DNA from: Eledone cirrhosa
Taxonomy: Eukaryota
Reading direction: 5' to 3'
Assembly: GCA_964016885.1 (NCBI GenBank)
Contig: OZ024742.1
Location: forward strand, 186,806,001 to 186,870,000
DNA length: 64,000 nt
How positions within the stretch are numbered: the first letter of the stretch is position 1; the number at the start of each line of letters is the position of its first letter. The notes under the pieces were generated by a model that was not told the DNA's origin, made no database searches, and worked only from the letters and a program-made list of their open reading frames with translations. Of this stretch, positions 56,520-64,000 are shown one piece after another. The position numbers were made by a program, and so were the translations under genes.

Positions 56520-58870
56520 TTATTGCGCATCATTACTGCTTTACCGAGCACAGCTCTGTGTGCCTTGGGTATGAGCAGAGTAGTTTTTGCTGATGTTTCT
56601 ATTGAATTCATAGTACTTTTCGTAATATGTGTGCAGTGCCTAGTAGTGCTATCTGTTGTATGCTGTATATATTTGTAGGTCCTGGGGTTTTGGCTATGTA
56701 TTTGTCTGTGTGTTTTTTTTGTCATTCCTTGAACACCTATTATTATTGTAGGTATTGTTTCTGTTTTCATTTTCCACACATTCGAGTTATTTCTATCTCT
56801 AGATCTTTATATTTGGAGAGTTTCTCTATTTCCTTAGAAGATATATTGTTGTCTGTGAGGATAGATACTTCTATTAGAAGGCATTTTTCTTTGTGGTCTT
56901 TGACTATAATATCTGGTCGGTTGGCCTTGATCTCTCTGCCTGTATGTATTAGCATATCCAAGAAAATGGTTGCTTCGTCATTCTCTGACACTTTTTCTGG
57001 TGTGTGCTTATACCATCTTTTTTTCTGTTGGTTTTTCATAATGCTGGCATAATTTCCAGTGTATGAAGATTCTCAACTCTATCATGCCTGTGGATATTTT
57101 CTTTTTTGGCTAGTGCTGGGCATCCAGAGACTATGTGGTTGATTGTTTCTTCTCTATCTCCACATATTCTACCGTTACTTATAGTGCTTTGTTTCATTAT
57201 GTACTTCTGGTAGTTTCTGGTAGGTAGACCCTGGTCCTGCGCTGCAATTATAAATCCTTCCGTCTCAGCTTTTAGTCCAGTGCTTCAGAGCCAGCTTTGT
57301 GTGGTTTCTTTGTCTACTTCATTTCTATTTAGCTTTTTGGGGTATTAGCCATGTAAGGATTTCTTTTGCCATCGTTTTAACATGGCATTTTCGATGTCAG
57401 TTTTCAATTTAAATTTTATGTCTTTCACAATTTCTATTGTTGTTTTGTCTTTGCTTTCATTTTCCTCACAATTATCTGCTAGTCCAGTTTCTGATTTGAA
57501 TATTTTGGCTTCCTTTTTGTTTTGTTTATATTTCGTGGCTATTTTATTAGCTTTCCTTTGTTTTTTATTAGGTATTTTTGTAGTCCTACAGTAGTTATTT
57601 TATAAACGTATTCTAGTTGCATAAGGTCCATTTCTCCTTGTGGTCTTGTTAGGTATGAACTTTCTACGTCTGATTTTGGTCTATTCTAAATGAAGTCATT
57701 ATTTTTCTTGTTTTTCTATCTATTCCAGCTAGTTCTTTTAGTGTTGAGTTGAAAATATCCAAGCTGTAGCTTGTTACTGGGCCAGCTAAAGTGTTGATGC
57801 CAATCACCTTATTCTTTGCATTTAGTTTAGTTTTGAGTATTAACCTAATTCTTCTGTAGTATTCTTTTCTAATATTTTCTTTCATCTGTGTGTGTCTAAT
57901 CTTATCTAGTTCGTTCATTCCCAAGTATTTGTATGTTTGAGATTGATCTAGTTTTCTTATTTTTGTTTCTTTATCTAACATGGTATTATTGCTTTTCACT
58001 AGTTTCTCTCCCTTCAGAGTTGTCTTAGCACATTTTTTCTAATCCAAATTTCATACATATTTCTTTTGTGAATCCGTGTACAGTTTGGAGCAGTGTTTGG
58101 AGTTTTTTTTCATTTGAAGCATAGAACTGTAGATCATTCATATATAGGACATGGTTAATTTTCCCATTGTAGCATTTATACCCAAGGCCAGGTTTGTTTA
58201 GTGTTTCAGATAGTAGTGTTAATGCTAGGCAGAAAAGCAGTGGTGTTAAGGAGTCTCCTTGGAATATGCCTCTGTTGATTGGTATAGACTCTGTTTTTAT
58301 TGTTTTATCTTTTGTTTGTATCAGTAGAATTGTTTACCATTTACTCATGGTATGTTTGATAAATGTTGCTATTTTTGCTGATATCCTATTCATGGCTAGT
58401 GTGTTGAGTATCCATGTATGGGAAACCTTGTCAAACAAATTTTCGTAATCAATCCAAGCCATGGTGGTTTTTTGGGGTTTTTTTTTGCAGTTTTCAGTTA
58501 TGGCTTTATTTAATAATAACTGGTCTTTGCATCCATATGAGCCTCTGCGGCATCCTTTCTATTCTTCTGGGGGCAGGTTGTTTTTTTTTCCAGGTGTTTG
58601 GTTATTTTCTGTGATAGTAATGAAGTTAAGGTTTTGAATGTAATAGGCAAGCATGTTATGAGCCTGTAATCTTTGGGATCAGGGTCGTTTTCCCCTGAGT
58701 GAGCCAGTCAGGTGTTTTTTCTGGTTCTATCAGAATTTCGTTAAATTCCTTTGCCAGCATTTCATTTGTCCCTGTTAAATATTTTAGCCAGAAGTTGGGA
58801 ATCTTGTCATGTCCTCGTGCCTTCCAGTTGCTTGCTCCTCTCAGTGTGATAGACCCATCATCTGTTGTAA
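56520..58870 (-). mobile_element. R4/Dong-clade LINE (RT and restriction-like endonuclease), decayed
   Basis: YKYLGMNE...RKEYYRRIRLILKTKLNAKNKVIGINTLA; ANRPDIIVKD...LIEVSI.TD.NI..KEIEKLSKYKDL; IIGVQG. The 3' end is followed by (TAA)n. Confidence 0.92.
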
Positions 58871-59039
58871 TACCCCCCCCCCCCCCATAGTTGTTCGTTT
58901 GCTGTGTTAGCTGTTCTTGCTAGCTTAGTGCATTCAAATTTCTTTTCCCCTTCTGTCCATATTATTATTATATAATAATAATATTAGTAATGATGATAAT
59001 AATAATAATGATACCGCAGAAAATGATGAAGACTTGGTT

Positions 59040-60912
59040 AAAATCAACCTGTTCCCAGAATTTCAGAAAGAAAGAAGTAAAAGCTCATATGGTTATAAAG
59101 ACCAATTACTAATCAACAAAGCCATAACACAATACATTAAAACAAGAAAGAAAATGTCTCAGCTTGGCATGGATTGATTACCAAACGGCCTTTGAGAGTG
59201 TTCCCCATACACAAAATATTGTTAACAATAAATACAATCATTAAACATGCCACAAGTAAATAGAAAACCGTTTTGCAGATAAAAACGAAAGACGGGTTTA
59301 TTAAATCTGAGCTCATTCCAATTAACAGACATATATTTCAAGACCCCCTTATACCACTCCTCTTCTGCCTAATGACATTATTATCTGAGATACTAAACAG
59401 GACTGGTTATCGTTATGAATGTTATGGTAAAAAGATTAACAATCATCTGTATACGGATGATTTAAAGCAGTACTCTGTAGACGAAAAACAACTTGAAACA
59501 CTGCTGAAATATACATGACTTTTGAACGAGAAAAATGCGCCAATGCAACCCTGGAAGTGAAGAAAACTAGTGGAAAACTCTAATATCACGGTAGATAAAG
59601 AAACTGAGATAACATAATTGGATCAAACACAGACATACAAATACTTGGGAATTAATGAACTACACGGGCTCAACTGTCACCCATGAAAGAAAATATTATA
59701 GAGGAATACTATAGCCGAATTAGGTTACTCCTTAAGATAAAATTAAATGCAAAGTATAAAGTAATGGGCAACAATACTCTCTAGCGATCCCAGTAATAAG
59801 CTACAGCTTTAAAATTCTGAAGTGGACACAAAAATATAGCAGGACTAGATAGAAAAATAAGAAAATTAATGACTGCATTTAGAAAAGAGATCCACAATTA
59901 GATGTAGAATGATTATACCTACCACGAACACACGGAGGAAGAGGAAACTAAAACCTATTATAAAATAGCCATTTCAAGGCTACAAAAATATCGAAGAATA
60001 GTGGAAACAAGTAGCCACGAATTATGAACAAAAGAAAAAATCGTTCTCTGTCTCCAAGAAGCCAACAAATTCAAAACAGAATCTGAATTAACAGTTAATG
60101 AAAACACAGAAGAGACAACAGCAGAAACTGCGAAAACAGATGAAGTTTAAGCTGAAACAGATCCCCAGTAGACTATACTAAAATGATAGCAAGAAAAACC
60201 CTTACATGATCAACACCCACAAGAGATGAATAGAGAAGAATTGGGTTAGCAAAATTCATAAAATCGTTTCAGAAACACTGGACTAAAAGCTGAGATTGAA
60301 GGATTTCTAATTAGAAAACAAGATCAAAACTCTTTCACCACAAGCTACCAAAATACACAATGAAGCAGAACATAGTAACTGAAGAATATGTGGTGTTGGG
60401 GAAGAAACAATTAACCAAATTCTCTATGGCTGCTCAGTCTTAATTGAAAAAAGAATATATCCACATACATGATAAAATTGGGATCTACATACACTGGAAC
60501 TTATAGCAACAGAAAACAAATACTAAACAGATAAATGGGGATACAGGCATACGCCAGAAATGATATCAGACAAAGTAACCATATTCTGGGATGTCAATAA
60601 ACACAGGCAGGGACATCAAAGCTAATCAACCAAATATTATACTCAAGACCACAAAGAATAAAATTCGTTTTACTAATTAATATATTTATCCCCCCAGACA
60701 ACAATATATCTATGAAGGAAATGAAGAAACTATCCAAATAAAAAGATCTGGAGTTAGAAATTACCTGAATGTGGATGATGAAAACAGAAACTATAATTAT
60801 AATAATAAGTGTACTGGAAATGATTCATAACTAAACGCTCGGGTCTTAGACATATATACTTACAGTATACAGAAAATAACACTGCTAGGAATTGCATTCA
60901 TATTACGAAGAG
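59040..60912 (+). mobile_element. R4/Dong-clade LINE, heavily decayed
   Basis: AWIDYQTAFESVPH, IFQDPL.PLLFCL, INNHLYTDDLKQY and YKYLGINE. It is colinear with the 56520-58870 copy in the opposite orientation. Confidence 0.88.
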
Positions 60913-61085
60913 AAAAAAAATTTTAAAAGTTCTTAAAAGATCAAAACAAAACGTCCTCATGAATTTTCTCTCTTTTAACGACACGCAAAAAAAAAATTAT
61001 TATGGCTGTGCCCCAGCCTGGCCACAACCAATTGACTGGATAAGGTTATGAGTACAAGACATAAAGAGAAAAGGGTGGAGCATGA

Positions 61086-61159
61086 AGAGGAGGAGAAGAA
61101 GAAGAAGAAGAAGAAGAAGAAGAAGAAGAAGAAGAAGAAGAAGAAGAAGAAGAAGAAGA
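61086..61159. repeat. (GAA)n microsatellite
   Basis: Directly visible in the sequence. Confidence 0.95.
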
Positions 61160-62118
61160 ATTTAGTAGTAGAAGATAAAGCCTGGTTAGGTCGACAAGGA
61201 AGATTAAGAAAAACCAAAGAAAAAACGAAACCGTGTATTGTAACAACAGAAGCTTTATATCTTATGTAATACATTCTATAACATGACACAAAACAGAAAG
61301 AAAAAAAGAAATATTTGACTGTTATCTATCTACAATTCTTTCATCACATATTTCTCTAAGTAGAGATGTGAGGTTATCAAAGCCTTGCTATATTCTATGA
61401 ACTAACTAAACGGAACTACATCAGACATACTCAAATACATTATAATACATTTCGAGACTTTGAATTGCATAGACGATTTTTTTTCATAGCATATTTCCCA
61501 TGATATTTTCGGTGTATATCTTGTCTTTTTAGAGATATCTTCATATCTAGTTAATCTTAAGAAACTCACGGTTTTATTTGTTCCTTTTTTATTTATTCAT
61601 TAATTTCATGTTATTGTATTTCATAATCTTTGAGCACGATGAAAACATCGAAATGTTTGGAACTTTGAAAGTTAAATACAATCTAAAATAAGATAAAACA
61701 AAAACAAAAGACAAAATAAAAATGTAGAAAATAAGATAATGAGACAACACAGCTTTACAGTAAGAGCACAGTTCCTGCGATGAAGCTGTCATGTCTATCT
61801 CTGTCTTCATATATTTAATAGGTCACGTCTGCAAAAAGGCACAGGATGTTTGCAGTGTAATCCATCATTTTTGTGTAAATTCAATTGGAATGGAACAACT
61901 AACTTCGTATTGAATTTAGTGTATTGAACACCTATAGCTATTTCACCTATTCAAATCAATCTTCCTTAACAGTAGTCTCAGATTCTTGGAATTCTCAGAT
62001 CTTCTTTCCGCATTTCACCAAAACGTAATTGTCATTCTACATTTCCCCACTAAAGTGGAAGATTTCCATCGTCCGCTTTTCAAGAGAAATTTAAACTAAC
62101 GATCATCTTACAAACGTA

Positions 62119-62154
<36 letters not shown>

Positions 62155-62161
<7 letters not shown>

Positions 62162-62375
62162 AAAAAGAGATGAAATCGAAAATGCAACTGGAGTCTTATT
62201 TTTTTTAAAAATATATATATATCACATCTGTGAGAAAAACCACAGACCCTCCATCTCAACTCACCTTTTGAAAAGCAGAAGAACTGCGAAACCGGTAAAG
62301 GAACCAAATAAATATATATATTTTTTTAAAAATAAGACTCCAGTTGCATTTTCGATTTCATCTCTTTTTCTTTAT
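62155..62375. repeat. Small fold-back cassette with a decayed hammerhead; second copy at ~54505-54650
   Basis: Inverted repeat AAAAAGAGATGAAATCGAAAATGCAACTGGAGTCTT. Inside it: CCTT-TTGAAAA-GCAGaagaaCTGC-GAAA-CCGG-TA-AAGG (62264-62301). Confidence 0.75.
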
Positions 62376-62431
62376 ACTTTCACTCGTGTAGGAGACCTCG
62401 GTTATTTTTCATTTTGTAAAAAAAACCTCAC

Positions 62432-62494
<63 letters not shown>

Positions 62495-62640
62495 GATCCG
62501 AAGGCATGGTATACATTTCCAATCATTTTAATCACGACACATGTTTCAATAAGAGATAGATCGATTATCACTGTTAAACTCTGTGAGTGAACATCGATAA
62601 TTTTTCTCCCTCATATCAAGGATTTGAAGACAATTCATTT

Positions 62641-62714
62641 TCACCTGACGAGATCAGTGATAATCGATCATGGCTACACGATCGATCTATCACTTATTGA
62701 AACATGTGTTGTGA
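62641..62714 (+). ncRNA. Type I hammerhead, family I, in fold-back 62488-62757
   Basis: TCAC-CTGACGA-gatcAGTGATAATCGATC...GATCGATcTATCACTtatt-GAAA-CATGTG-TT-GTGA. The inverted partial arm at 62488-62562 has GUC at the cleavage site. Confidence 0.8.
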
Positions 62715-62859
62715 TTAAAATGATTGGAAATTTATACCATGCCTTTGGATCTTTATTTTGATACAAATACTCCGTTTTCATCATCTAGCTGTTCTCATAA
62801 ATGGAATTGGAGATATACAAAAGCGTGGAGAACTTAATATTGGTAACAAAAATTTATTT

Positions 62860-63715
62860 TAAAAATAGCTTTCAATTTTGGTACTTACAGCACCGAACGC
62901 TCTGACTACTACTATGATCATGTCAACCTTTCTCATTGTCCACAAATGTTTTATCTTCCATGCTAGTGTTTTGTAGCTCGCAACCTTCAGCTATTTTTGC
63001 CACAAACCTTATTGTCAGTGGGACAAGTCACATCCAGTATCAAATATTATTAATTAACTCTGTTGATCACCACAGTAACTGGTTTGCTATATTCAATTTC
63101 ATGGTCACATTTAACCATAACGTCGCATAGAATCTAAAACACCTTCTGGTCTGAGCTCATACCACCGTTTTGCCTTATCAAGGCTGTATTTTCTACATAA
63201 CTATCAACGAATGATTTTTCACTGGATGGTGATATGCCACACCCAGCGCCGGATTTAGAACAAATGAGGCCCTGTGCTAGTTAAGTTATGAGGCCCTCAC
63301 TTAGGCCATGAAGGAGGTAAAAGAATTTTTGGCAGGAAGATATTCTCCCAACACCCCACCCCCAGCCAACGGATCCCTGAGCTTAAGCACACCTAAAAAC
63401 AATAATAAATCCAGCACTGGCCACACAGATTCTCCCTACACTGAATTATCAACATAATTTGTCCTCACAGCTTACTCTTGTGTTGCACAAATTAAAGCTT
63501 TCGTTTCTCGTTTAAGGTTACTTTTTTCTATCCACAGCCACTTCTTGTCCAAATCAGTTTTGACTGTAAAGTTGTCCGTACATTCTCTTTTCTTTCCATT
63601 TCCTTTCAGTCTCACATTTCTCCCAACTCGTTCAACATTTGTCACTTTCTGCTGTGAGGTCAACTCCAAGTTCAATGTAATTTGACTCTTAAGGTGTTCC
63701 TGAGCGGTAAATATC
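62860..63715 (-). mobile_element. R4/Dong-like LINE fragment
   Basis: WLWIEKSNLKRETKALICATQE and ILCD..VKCDHEIEYSKP..VV...ILDVTCPTD. It is adjacent to a (GTT/ATT)n tract at 63721-63825. Confidence 0.75.
63244..63419. mobile_element. hAT-type MITE
   Basis: TIRs CAGCGCCGGATTTA / TAAATCCAGCACTG; TSD GCCACACC / GCCACACA (7 of 8 match). Confidence 0.85.
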
Positions 63716-63897
63716 AAGGCTTATTGTTGTTGTTGTTGTTATTGTTATTGTTGTTGGTGTTGTTGTTATTGTTATTATTCTTATTGTTGTTGTTATTATT
63801 GTTGTTGTTGTTGTTGTTGTTATAATATTGATAAGGTTTCCGTTATGGTTTCTGCGTTCGTGTATAACTTAATTGTATAAATTGGACGAGAGTCACA

Positions 63898-63938
<41 letters not shown>

Positions 63939-64000
63939 AAGCGAAAGTGAGAGAGAGAGCGAAAGTGAGAGAGAGAGAGAGAGAGATAGAGAGAGAGAGA

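Overview
AT-rich, microsatellite-dense eukaryotic intergenic or intronic DNA. The SINE families and simple repeats point to an octopus (coleoid cephalopod); this is inference from family recognition. I found no credible host protein-coding exon, and most listed ORFs are translations of simple repeats. The window holds decayed retroelements: Tx1/L1, four Penelope-like element (PLE) pieces with RT and/or GIY-YIG domains, RTE (Rex3-like and a BovB-like copy with C2H2 fingers), CRE, HERO, R4/Dong, many tRNA-derived SINEs, two hAT MITEs and one mariner MITE. The main signal is not in the ORF track. By eye I find 18 type-I hammerhead ribozyme (HHR) motifs with an intact CUGANGA...GAAA core, in about 12 sequence-distinct families, plus about 10 decayed ones. 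Most have a short palindromic stem III. They sit in non-coding cassettes bounded by (TA)n tracts. Where a cassette folds back, the arms are consistently oriented left arm minus, right arm plus. One HHR family is physically the 3' end of a PLE ORF, twice. Two further ~530-555 bp families form circularly permuted tandem-plus-inverted arrays, suggestive of circular RNA templates. All pairings were read by eye and no alignments or folding programs were run, so boundaries are approximate.
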